A stretch of 63,136 bases of DNA, filler included, from Asterionella formosa (Eukaryota), in NCBI GenBank assembly GCA_002256025.1. It is 19 parts of 19 records of this genome, joined end to end, with 100 filler letters (N's around TTAATTAATTAA, not from the genome) between each part and the next. Parts side by side here need not be neighbours in the genome. Positions count along the whole stretch, not along the records: positions 1 to 1,812 come from NKIB01001132.1; positions 1,913 to 3,722 come from NKIB01001133.1; positions 3,823 to 32,651 come from NKIB01001134.1; 16 more parts are not named here. One strand, given 5' to 3'. Each line of letters starts with the position of its first letter. The stretch's first letter is position 1. Position numbers and translations under genes: made by a program. This document shows, in pieces, positions 1-11,285 of the stretch. The notes beneath the pieces are model-generated. The model made no database searches and was not told the origin of the DNA. It saw nothing but the letters and a program-made list of their open reading frames with translations.

Positions 1-651
1 CTCTATACGCAAATCAGCTCCAGAAGAAGCTTCATGGCAACTTCGTCATTACCATTGAAGAGAGGGAGAACTTGGAGAAGAAGTTCAAGCCCGTAGCTAT
101 GGTTGTTGTGGAGCAAAAAGAGTTTCCGACTCCTATTGCTTGTATTCACTATCTGGTGACAAGTAATCATGACTCAACCCATGATTTGCACAAGTACAAA
201 GAACGTGGAATGGGTCAACTGCTGACCCAAGCTGCTACTCGTCTTCGTATCGATGAGAAGGCCTGAAACTGTGCATACCCAGGATGTCCTTCCCAACATC
301 AACGAGTTTTTGCGCAGGTACTGGGCAATGCGGTTGAGTTGTATAAATCCTTTGGATTTGTACACTGCAATCCTATTCCTTGGATGGACAGGATCAATCA
401 TCCTCTTGAAAACCTTCTTCATGATGAGAGGAACAAGAACGATGGCGATGTTTATTCATACAATTATGGACCTGATATGCCAGAACCAGCAAATTTCGAG
501 ACCTTTCCTATCGTGCGTTTGCGAACAAATATAGCTGGGAGTCTTCTTTCAGCCACTCATTATGATCTTCTTGATCATCAATTGGAAGAGCAAGCCTATG
601 TGTACTCGACGTTTCTTCCCATTGGGGGTTTCATCTACAAGCAACCAAAAG
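1..651 (+). pseudogene. Broken ORF with GNAT acetyltransferase-like motifs
   Basis: IHYLVT...YKERGMGQLL (motif A-like, ORF 72-266), a stop at 264-266, then YKSFGF (motif B-like, ORF 339+). Likely intron donor GTATGT at 652. 5' end is off the contig. Confidence 0.35.
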
Positions 652-858
652 GTATGTTCGTTTACTATATATGCTGTATTCATATTCATTTATTCATTCA
701 CACATTTCTTTTTTTGCATTCATCGCCTGAGAGAGGTGATGAATGCGAAGGCAGCTATCAGATCAGAGTATGCCCGCTTGGAAGCGCCTTCTTATGCGCT
801 CGGAAAGCGTGCAAAGAGAGGCACTTTGCAGAAGGCTGCTTCTATAGTTACAGCTGGA

Positions 859-1812
859 TCAACACAGGCCCAATCCCGAGTGTTGCAGAAGAGTGTTCCA
901 AAGAAAGCTGCAAAGACGAGGATGAAGGCTCCTCCAAGAGCTATTGCTGCAAAAGCTGTTGCACTCAAGCCTTCTGCCAAGGCTACTCCCAAGCATGATG
1001 CTACCAAAGCCATCACATCCAAGGCAGGTGTTTATGTCCCGGATTAATAGTTCCTCATAATCAATCTGACCTACAGGACTGCATTCATGAGATGGATTGT
1101 CTGTTTGATCAAACGGACAATCACATTCACGACACATTCTGGCAGTCTTTTGATATGTTTTCTTTCGTCCGCATTGTCCATCTAAACCTTCAGCATCACC
1201 GAGAATTAGACCAACTGGAACTTTCACATTAAGTGTAAATTGATTGCCTCCGAAATTGAAAATGTGTTTGAATCCACCAGCTTGTTGGACATTCTTGACC
1301 CCCTCAAGAATCACACCAAGGACAGCGTGATAATCGGATTCCTTTTGATCAGGGGTTAGGGACTGGATTTCAGATAGACTTGATGAGGTCAGCTTTGGGA
1401 TCAATCCGATTGGCCGCCATGCATTGACCTTATTTCTCACATTGGTAGTAAATATACCAAGTGACATTAGGACAGGCTCCATTGTGTACTTTCCTTTTTC
1501 AACCGTGTGTGTCTTGTCAATAAAGAACATGAGTGGAACAAGGAAGTCATTTGGCTGAGAACATAAATATTCATGGGCATCTATCCACCAGGTACCAGTG
1601 TGAAATTCGGATCTGACACTGGTGGGTTGTGGTGCTTTACACGGATTGACGAAATCAAATGACACATTTTGTGGTGACATTAGTATGTCATTTGTCAAGA
1701 GATTCTTAACCTGAGCCATGAAATCAAAACATACAACATCAATCAGTTTTCCATCATGCAATATGGCCTGTTTCACCTGGGGAGTTAAATCATTCATGTT
1801 AAATCGGTTTTG
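859..1812 (-). mobile_element. Plavaka-type (PF18759-like) transposase, internal fragment
   Basis: EFHTGTWW, LVPLMFFIDKTH, EPVLMSLGIF...RNKVNAWRPIGLIP, ILGDAEGLDGQCG, CRECDC. Similarity ends near 1050, where the ORF runs into an oppositely oriented K/A-rich ORF (562-1047). Confidence 0.8.
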
Positions 1813-1912
1813 NNNNNNNNNNNNNNNNNNNNNNNNNNNNNNNNNNNNNNNNNNNNTTAATTAATTAANNNNNNNNNNNNNNNNNNNNNNNNNNNNNNNN
1901 NNNNNNNNNNNN
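1813..1912. other. Artificial contig spacer (first of 18): N run + TTAATTAATTAA + N run, 100 bp
   Basis: Identical spacers start at 1813, 3723, 32652, 34551, 36460, 38368, 40276, 42181, 44088, 45995, 47901, 49801, 51707, 53613, 55519, 57425, 59330 and 61234. The 12-mer puts stops in all six frames. Adjacency across spacers is not biological. Confidence 0.98.
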
Positions 1913-3722
1913 TGGACCTTGTTCCGTGATATTAAAATCCTCCTTGATCATATTTTTCATGTAGTCCACTGCATTCCTGGTACCACAAATAATTCCATCA
2001 TCCACGTAGTTTGCCAACAGCCCTTCAATTTGTCCATTGTTGTTATGGTAGATAAACAACATTGGGTCTATTTCGCTTTTCGTTATACCTTTCTTGCTGG
2101 TGACGCACTTCGCGAATGTCTTGGACCAGCATCTTGGAGCTTGTACAATTCCATACATAGCCTTAATTAATTTGCAGATATGTATATTCTGATCGATCCC
2201 TGTCAATCCTTCTGGGGGCTCAATATAAATGTCTTCGTCGACGTCAGCATTTAGAAACGCTGCTTCAACATCGATTGCTTCCGCTATCCAACCATAGTAC
2301 AAAGTAACAGCCAGAACAGTTTTTATTGTAGCATCACTTGCAACAGGAGCGAATGTTTCAGTAAAATCAACTCCCGGGATCTGTTCATATCCCTTTACAA
2401 CCAACCGTGCCTTGTATACTGTCTTTCCAGTTATCACGTCCTCCTTAATACGGAAGACCCATCTTGTCTTAAGAGCTCTCTTGTTCACGTCATTTCTCTT
2501 AACTATTGTCCATACTCCTCTTGCTTGGAAGTTTTCAAATTCTTTCTTTATAGCTTTCATCCACTCTTTGCGATCAGGTCTTACCATTGCCTCATTATAA
2601 CTATTTGGTAAACCTGGGTCCGATGCAAGACTTGCATTGAATACGAAATTTACTTCAGTTTCCTTATTCGAAGAAGCTTCCTCCTCAATCACATTTGGTA
2701 GTGAAGTGTCTGAAGTGAATTTAACATTTTTAGTTGGATTATACGATGAGTCCAACTTCTTCATTTCTCGTTCCAACTTTGCCTGTTGCTTCAAAACATT
2801 TCTCTTTTCTAGGTCAGAAATTTCATCACTCCTTGAGGTAGATTTTCCTTTTTCAGTGTCTGCGGTTGATTTATCCTTGTCGTCATCATCTTCCTTGTTG
2901 TCTGAACCTTCTGGTAGTAAATCTTCATTGTAGAAATCATCATCTAATCCATCATTATTGACTTCAGCTTCTGGTTGAACTGTTACTTTCTCTTTAGCAT
3001 TGTCCTTGTAGATTTTTCCTAGTCCGTCCGTAGGTGCGTTTGTTCCATGCCACTCACTCCACTTAACATCGCGTGTATTGATTACAGTGTTAGTCTCATG
3101 ATTATACATACGATACGTATCTTGGGAGTGGTCCTCCGAATAACCCAAAAAGACACACTTGAAAGAACGTGCGTCTAATTTCTTAATGTTGTGTCTTGCA
3201 GTAACCCATCCTACGCGCCCACATTGCTTGTATAACTTGTAGGGCCTTCTTGGATTCATTTCGCCGTAGAACATGTCGTCGGGACTTCTTTTAGTTACTG
3301 AGTTAACTGTACTATTTGTTAAACGTGTAGCTGTATGTACCGCCTCTGCCCATAATAGCCCTTGGTACTCATCTGTTAGTTTTGCACTTAGCATCATTGC
3401 TAGTGCCCTCTGTCGCACAATGACAAAACCGCGTTCCGCTACACCATTGTGTTGTGGAGTGTGCGGGGCAGTGAATTCCATTTTTATACCGCGATTTTCA
3501 CATACCTTTCTCAATTGTTTAGTATTCTCGCCTGCGTCATCGCAACGGATATACTTTGTCTTGTGACCGGCTCCGGCTAAACTTGATAGTAAAATTTCAA
3601 TGACTGTTCCGATATCGCTCTTCTTTTTAATGAAATAGCTCCAGCGCTTTCTTGTGTAGTCGTCCACTGCCATGACCCAGTACTGATTGCCAACAGCGGA
3701 TTTCGCGTAGGGTCCGCTGATG
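1913..3722 (-). mobile_element. Ty1/copia pol fragment (integrase, linker, reverse transcriptase), uninterrupted ORF
   Basis: Integrase VDDYTR, IRCDDAGE, PQHNGVAER. RT YKARLVVKGYEQIPGVDF, DVEAAFL, LIKAMYGIVQAPR, YVDD. IN-before-RT order defines copia. Confidence 0.96.
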
Positions 3723-3883
3723 NNNNNNNNNNNNNNNNNNNNNNNNNNNNNNNNNNNNNNNNNNNNTTAATTAATTAANNNNNNNNNNNNNNNNNNNNNN
3801 NNNNNNNNNNNNNNNNNNNNNNTGATGCTCTGATTAGGAAACAAAGTCAGAAACACAAAATTGAATCTTTTTCCAAATCATAC

Positions 3884-5098
3884 ATGGAAGAAAAAGAATT
3901 TCTTTGTAAAATCATTGAAAACAATCCAGAAGGCATCTACTTTTGTGAAGAGTCGGCATGTGAAATGTGTAGAGATATTTTGCTAAAGCAAACGGCATTT
4001 TCCTTGAGTTTGACGAAATCGCATGGACAACTAAAATTATGGAAAGAGTTGTACACTCGTACTACCTCGCCCACAAGATATTTGCAATTAAGCCTCTGTA
4101 TTTTATGGAGTCAAAGGTATCAAAAAATCATCTTCAGATTTTAAAGATCTTGCATATGGGACCTCGAAACAATTACCTCTATGATCCATTATATAATTCA
4201 TGAACTTCATCCAAGTGATGTAAAGGTTATATTTGATCTTGATGAGAACCCAGAAAAGGGTAATATCAATCCATATATATACCAAGGTGATTGTCATCCA
4301 CTTCATCACAAAATTAACTATGTGCTAATTGTGTATTGCAAAAGATCAGATGAGGAGGAAAACAATCATTTTGTGCATTATCTTTTTGCTATAAATGATG
4401 GATTATGTCAAGTCCATGATCCAGGAAAAGATGCAAGTTTGGATGAACATTATGATCAAGTATTTCACCTTGACCGTAAGTACTGCATCATCCCCGGATG
4501 CAGAAAAGAATTGGAATTGTTATGCACCGATACAGGATATCTTCCACAAGAATACCAGACACCTGAAGAAATCGGGTTCTCGGAATCTTTCTATACTGGC
4601 TCCAAAGAACGGCACCATTGCAGATCATAATGGCCACTGAACATGATTCCATGTTATTTCAACCAGAAGATGACAGCGGATGGTCATGTGGACCTATTTA
4701 ATTGTGAAAGTATTGGAAACTGTATTGCAATTAGAAAGGAATTGCAAAACCAAATTTCTTGGCAAACGGGCACATTTCCATTTGGAGACTGAGGCCTGGA
4801 AAGCTTAAAACGTCAGGTGGCAGCAACAGATCGAACAGACGATTTCTTATCCATTACATCTGACCCACCAACCGAGTCAACATACTTTCATCTTGGAATA
4901 GTTTGGCCGCAAGTGACAAAGACAAATTCTCGTGAGGATATGCATGTTTCAGTTGGAAATAACAGTTCTTCAATTTTGTATCGAAAAAATTTTGAGATCC
5001 TATTTAGAAATAAAAATGTTCAACAAAGTATTTGGACGAGTTCCTTGCAACTCTTCTTTAAAAAAGGATATTCTTTGGGAGTGAAAAAGAACAAATAA
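3884..5098 (+). pseudogene. Fragmented ORF(s) of unknown function, element cargo
   Basis: Successive short ORFs (3884-4144, 4181-4630, 4395-4640, 4817-5098). They continue the minus-strand reading frame of contig 55619-56560. Confidence 0.4.
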
Positions 5099-5248
5099 TG
5101 GACCATTGGGATTATCCAATGTCATGATTTCTTAGGAAATTGTTGTTTGTGAAAACCTCATAATAACCAATTTAGTATGCGAAACTATATTGTTACCATT
5201 ATCATTTATATTATTCTTATATAATTATCAACGTTTGCTTGATTTCCA

Positions 5249-7068
5249 TAAATTACGTGGAGGCATGGCAACACAAAAATTATCTTTCCGTATCTGTTTC
5301 AAAACTTCTTGCGGTTTCAGAGACTTCCTTGGCTTGATTCCTGTGGTTTCAAAGCAGGAACAACAAATGCTGCCGAAAGTATGTTATGAAATTCATCAAC
5401 GCTCAATTCAGTAGTATCATTGCATAAGTTGTCTCCTCTTGCAAAAAACATACATTTATGAATTTTCATTTCAATTGAAATTTTCAAGGAACGAATACAC
5501 GCTAAGAGAATGGTTGTTGAGTTGGAGAAAATAACATTTCCCCAAATAAGTAGGTAGTTTTGCCTGAACGGAACTGTGTAGGAACTTGATCCATCTCCCT
5601 TCTCCCAGTTCACTTTGACCCAGTCAAACCATTATTGACCAGAGATTCCTGCCTTTGAATCGTTTTTCCATTTCGGATGGCAGTCCATCTGAAAATAGTA
5701 GTTTGGCCAGGAACGTAACTTTCAATTTTAGCATGATAATAAATGTCGAAACAGGCCCAACCCCATCTTCAAGACTTTTGATTCTTGCTATTTGTATCTG
5801 TTGCTGAATTCGCAAACATCAACATGTATTGATTTTTTAGAGGAAAGGGTTAAGAGATTTATGTCAGTTAGCTACTAAGATTATGATTGGTCCCCAACGG
5901 GAAATGATATCTCAAATTGGCTTACGAATGGCAAAATTTCATGGAATGAAACATTACCCTCATCTGATTAGGAAGTTCGCTCGGATCTCCTCTTAATTTC
6001 TTTGGTGGATATTTGGAGTCTTTTTTGAAAGAGAAATAGAAACAACCCAGTAAGCGTGTCAATGGACAATTACATCGGTGAAAGCATGACATTTTAACAA
6101 GATCATATGAAACAAGGCAGTTTGCATTGGCACGAAAAATTGTTTTTGTAAGTGATTCATTACATACAGAAAACAAACAAAAGAAGATGAGTAAAGTATA
6201 CATCAATGTAACTGAGGGAATTTCAACAGAAATTGATTTCGAAGGAATGATTCCGGATACAATGATGTTGCCTAGTAGGTCGCCTGAAAATTTGGGAATA
6301 TCGCCTACCAAAATCCATTCACCAGCCCTTCCTGTTAAAGATCAAGTTTCTGCTTCATCATTAAATGGTCTATGGACTATAGCAGGTGTCCCTAATAAGA
6401 TTGGGCATGTTTCACGGAGTAAGGATGCACCCTTGTCTCAATTGGTTCATCCTGATTTACCGAAGGGGGCCAACTACGTAAAGAGCATTGCGAATTCAGC
6501 AATAGATGCAAATAGCAAGAATCAAAATTCTTGAAGATGGGATACGGCCTGTTTCCATTGTAAGGATTGACTTTTATTATCATGGTAAAATTGAAAGTAA
6601 TGTTCCCGGCCAAACTACTATTTTCAGATGGACTGCCAACCGAAATGGAATGATGATTCAAAGGCAGGAATCTCTGGTCAATAATGGTTTGACTGGGTCA
6701 AAGTGAACTGGGAGAAGGGAGATGGATCAAGTTCCTACACAGTTCCGTTCAGGCAAAACTACCTACTTATTTGGGGAAATGTTATTTTCTCCAACTCAAC
6801 AACCATTCTCTTAGCGTGTATTCGTTCCTTGAAAATTTCAATTGAAATGAAAATTCATAAATGTATGTTTTTTGCAAGAGGAGACAACTTATGCAATGAT
6901 ACTACTGAATTGAGCGTTGATGAATTTCATAACATACTTTTGGCAGCATTTGTTGTTCCTGCTTTGAAACCACAGGAATCAAGCCAAGGAAGTCTCTGAA
7001 ACCGCAAGAAGTTTTGAAACAGATACGGAAAGATAATTTTTGTGTTGCCATGCCTCCACGTAATTTAT
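5249..7068. repeat. ~550-bp inverted repeat (arms 5249-5798 and 6504-7068)
   Basis: ORFs 5317-5613(-) and 6703-6999(+) are the same 98-aa translation apart from one residue. The inner parts of the arms are more diverged. Confidence 0.95.
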
Positions 7069-7327
7069 AACATGATTTCTTAGGAAATTGTTGTTTGTGA
7101 AAACCTCATAATAACCAATTTAGTATGCGAAACTATATTGTTACCATCATCATTTATATTATTCTTATATAATTATCAACGTTTGCTTGATTTCCATAAA
7201 TTACGTGGAGGCATGGCAACAAAAAAATTATCTTTCCGTATCTTAGTAGCTAACTGACATAAATCTCTTAACCCTTTCCTCTAAAAAATCAATACATGTT
7301 GATGTATATTGTGGTATGAATAAAGTG

Positions 7328-9302
7328 TCATTGATAGATATACATTGCCATAACAGCAATGTGAAATCCTTTTCTAGGTGCATGTTCTCTGAACCCATCA
7401 TTCCACCCATTGAAAAAATTGTTAACAGACATAATCCAGGAATTTCTTACCCTGACATTTTCGACAAAGCTGTCATCCCAGCCAGATCTGTATGACAATT
7501 TTGGAATATCACGATCGCTTTGCCTTTCCAAATGACTATTGATATATCTAGCACTTTGTTCGAAGTATAGTTTCGAAAATACATTTCTGGTGCTGGTACA
7601 AGTGTTGGGTCTTGATTTTTGCCAGTGTTTATATTTTTGATAACTGGTGCGTGTGTCCTTTTTGGTCTTTGCCCGTTTCTTCGGTTGCTCTTGATCAAGA
7701 AAAGCAGATTTATTTGTTTCAGTGTTACGTTTATGATTGGAGATGTTTTCTGGAATATCTGGAGATTTTCTTTCTTTAAAAAAACATGTCCATTCTTCAG
7801 GGATAGTCCGATAATTGTACAAAGATTCCAAAATGTACTTGAATATTCCAAGTAGTTATTGATGAAGAACCTCAAATGGAGTTGCACCAAATAATCCTTC
7901 TAAGTCACCACCAAAAAAATGATTTATTAGTGCAGGCATAATAGGATTGTGCGATATAACACGGCACCATTCGTTTGCTGTTGCGTATTTGCCATTAGAT
8001 TGGGAGACACAATACTCAGGTGGAATACATGGCAATTTTCCATCGGGATATGCATTTTTGTCAAGAAATTTGTTTAAAAACATTTTACGACGTTCACATC
8101 CAATATCAGGATTATCAGCATCCTCAGTTGAAACCAGGCAATCACGACAAACATATCGTCGATATATCAATCCATTACCACCCCTGAAGCCACAAATTTT
8201 ATTTTGTTCTTCTGTATCACCAATGATCATTCCAATCTGGAAATAAACTTTTGTCATCACAAGACCATGAACCCAAATATCGTATGACTTGTTTGGATCT
8301 TCGAAAAGCGACAATAGAAATCCTGTAACAGAATGATATAATTTGAGTCTACATAAGGACAAGTCGTCACCAGATAACTTATTATTCATTTGTTTTTCCA
8401 GATCAATGACTTCAATGTCTGGCAAAAGAGATACTAATTGCCATCCATCAACATTGTCAGCAAAAACGGATGCTCGGAATGTTTCATTTGTTTATCAATA
8501 GGTGAACCATAAAAAAAACTGGTAGGGCAACAAATAAACTCCCTGTCTTGACTTCAACACACCATTTTCTGATGCAGGAGAATTGTTGAATGCATATTCA
8601 AACCAAGTCGCAGAAGTTACTTCGTCATATATGCATGCATTCTCCACAAGTTGTAACTTTCACTTGTGGGTGACAGACAAAATGTTGCATGGTATCGGAA
8701 TCACGTAGCAATCCTACCATGAGCTGTACTGGTTCGAAATAATGGAGTGTGCGTGGGATAATCATATTTGAATTGTTATCAATCTTTATTTGTTTGGTCA
8801 ACAGTTGACCACCAGCTAATGTTGATGGAAATGAAATATCCATGCATTTTTTCAAAGTCTGGAAGGATGGAGCTTGATACCTTCCATCAAAATATTTCAT
8901 TGCTTTTACCTTGAACAGCCATTTCATTAGATGATCAAAGTAAACTGGTGGAAGATAATTCTCGTTGAGGAATAACATGAGATCTAATTCAATTAGATGC
9001 ATGTTCAGAGAATGTTTTCTTGGAAGTTGAAATTGAGGAGGAATGGGCATTTCCATTGCATTTTCAGGGAGAAAGCCAGTGCAATCTTGAAAATCTGAAA
9101 ATTGCATGGTTTCTGAATTCAACCCTTGGAGAGTTTTTAGTCTCAATTGTTCGTCCTCTTGTGACTGAATATTGTTATAAACTGAATCGTCGCTGTCGTC
9201 ATGAAGTGGATGATTGTGGTCACTTGATTCAAGGATAGGACACATAATCTCTTCTTGTCTAATCTCCCTTAATGCTGCAGCAGTTACACTGCCTGCCCTC
9301 AT
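7328..9302 (-). pseudogene. Plavaka-type transposase, frameshifted, with stops
   Basis: DEVTSATWF, GWQLVSLLP, IGMIIGDTEEQNKICG, VCRDC, ATPFEVLHQ*, QSDRDIPK across ORFs 8625-9302, 7856-8425 and 7328-7831. Same motif order as the 859-1812 protein. Confidence 0.75.
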
Positions 9303-10014
9303 TAACTGGATAGTAGAATGAAAATGAATTAATATATAATAATAAATTGAGCACCACTTCGAACATGCTGTGCTGGAAAATACAGAGTCGTGAAATTATC
9401 ACTCCACCATAGTAGTAAAAATGGAGGTATACCGCTACATGTAGTACAGGCGGCACTAATGGTAATAGTAGTATAGAGCAGAATCAATGTTTTCCTATCA
9501 TCTATGATATGGCTTGCATTGTAGAAGTGTAATAATTACTAACTATGCATTGGATTCTATTAGATCCATTCAAAATCAACATCGTCATCAATGTCCCGTT
9601 GATTAATGTGGTCATTATAATCAATATTCTTTTCAGGAACATTTGGTTGAATTGATTCAACAAATTGATGCATATCCTTTTTACTTACGTTGGGAAATGA
9701 GAAGTATGAGTGTGGATAGATGATATTTGTGGTGGGAGTAGCAATTCCACTAGGATTCCTTCCATATTCAGATCGATTCGCTCTTTTGTGAAAGTCCAGT
9801 GTAGATTTCCTTATAATTAACGAGTAAATCATCAGTCCATTGATCAGTGAGACCATTTGAAACTGAACTTTCTTCCCTTGCTCACACTCAAAACATCATG
9901 CTTTTGGTGCATCTCCCTGCAAGAACTTACCTAAGATTCCTTGAAATTGATTATTCAATACATTCTGACATTCTCTCAACTTTTTAATGCAGGCCACATG
10001 CCACCAAATGTTGA

Positions 10015-11014
10015 TTAGATGAAATCTAAACGTGCCTTGTTGGTACGTTCAATGGTCTGATTCATTGGAAGTAGTGCATCAGAACCATTCCATTTGAAAT
10101 CGGCAACCTCTGGGTCACTCTTAACTTCTTTGCCTAACTCCGGTTTCACTGTGTATAGCCGAGTTAGGCAACATTCGGCAAACCATTCCTGTTTGTGATT
10201 GGAAATGCCTTTCATACTACTTGGACCAGATAGGGCGGGCGGGATGTTTGATTCTCTTTTGGGAACAGAAAAAAGCACATTTGATTGATATTCTGTTTTA
10301 CAGTACCTGCAATTCACAAACTATAACATCAAACTTACATGTTCACAGCAAAACTTCTTGGTCTTGAAAGCTAATAAAACTCATAACCTTTGTGACAATT
10401 GATGGTTCAATTTTAGCTAAGCGAGAACGACGTTCTGATAAGGCTGCTGAAATTGAAGAGTCTTGATAACCTCGTCGTATGGACGAGTTTTGAACCGAAT
10501 TACGACGCACCTTTGAAGTGATTAAGTTCATTGACCAATTGATAATATCCTTTGGCAAGTACAAAATGTTTTTCCCTCAGGTTGTCATGTACTTGTTGGT
10601 CCATGCGATTAGAAAATTTATGATATGGTACCATGTCGTCCATCTGCATCCGGGAGTTATTAATGTCATCATCGACATGAGCCATTTTTCTTGTATCAAC
10701 AACTGAAAAAGAAATCTTATCATCGCTGTCAGTATCAATTACGGGATCCTTTGTACTAGTAGCTGATGGTGTCCTCATCAACGATGGGGTATTACCCCCA
10801 ACTTCTCCCAATCGCTGATTGGGTTGCTTTGGATAATCGCCTTTTCGCTTTTTCTTTGTAAACTCATTTTGGAACTTGCTTCTTTGTTCCATACCGGCAG
10901 TATTTGCCACATGTTGCTTGTTTCCATGAACCTCTTTATGGTTTCTTGAAGACATTGTACTACTTGATAACTGTTGTCGTCGTCTTCCTTAAAGTTCGAT
11001 GATCTTAAATTCAT
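10015..11014 (-). pseudogene. Fragmented ORF(s) of unknown function, element cargo
   Basis: Overlapping same-strand ORFs 10778-11014, 10500-10955, 10343-10564 and 10015-10317 (CRYC). The first ATG abuts the 92-bp array. Confidence 0.35.
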
Positions 11015-11285
11015 TTACTGTCCTGCTGCGGTAGCAGTAGTCATAGACATATGGTGTTCTATTGCTTGCTTATTACTCCTACTACCGGTACCACTTTTCA
11101 GTTTCACGATCATACAATCCTAAAACTATGATGATTTACTATCCCACTACAGTAGCAACAGTCATGAACATATGGTGTTCTTTTGGTTTTTAGTTTTACG
11201 ATCATACGATCCTAAAACTATGATGATTTACTGTCCCACTGCAGTAGCAACAGTCCTGAACATATGGTGTTCTGTTGCTAGTTTA
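11014..11285. repeat. 92-bp tandem array of palindromic units (about 3 units)
   Basis: Units start with TTTACT at 11014, 11135 and 11227. A longer version lies at 54164-54640. Confidence 0.92.

Noticed and set aside
562..1047. Histone H1-like protein
   Set aside because: Only K/A-rich composition with no globular domain; it is cut by the transposase junction.
1857..1868. TTAATTAATTAA recurring about every 1.9 kb, looking like a regularly spaced repeat
   Set aside because: Always embedded in N runs. It is an artificial stop linker, and the spacing reflects similar contig sizes.
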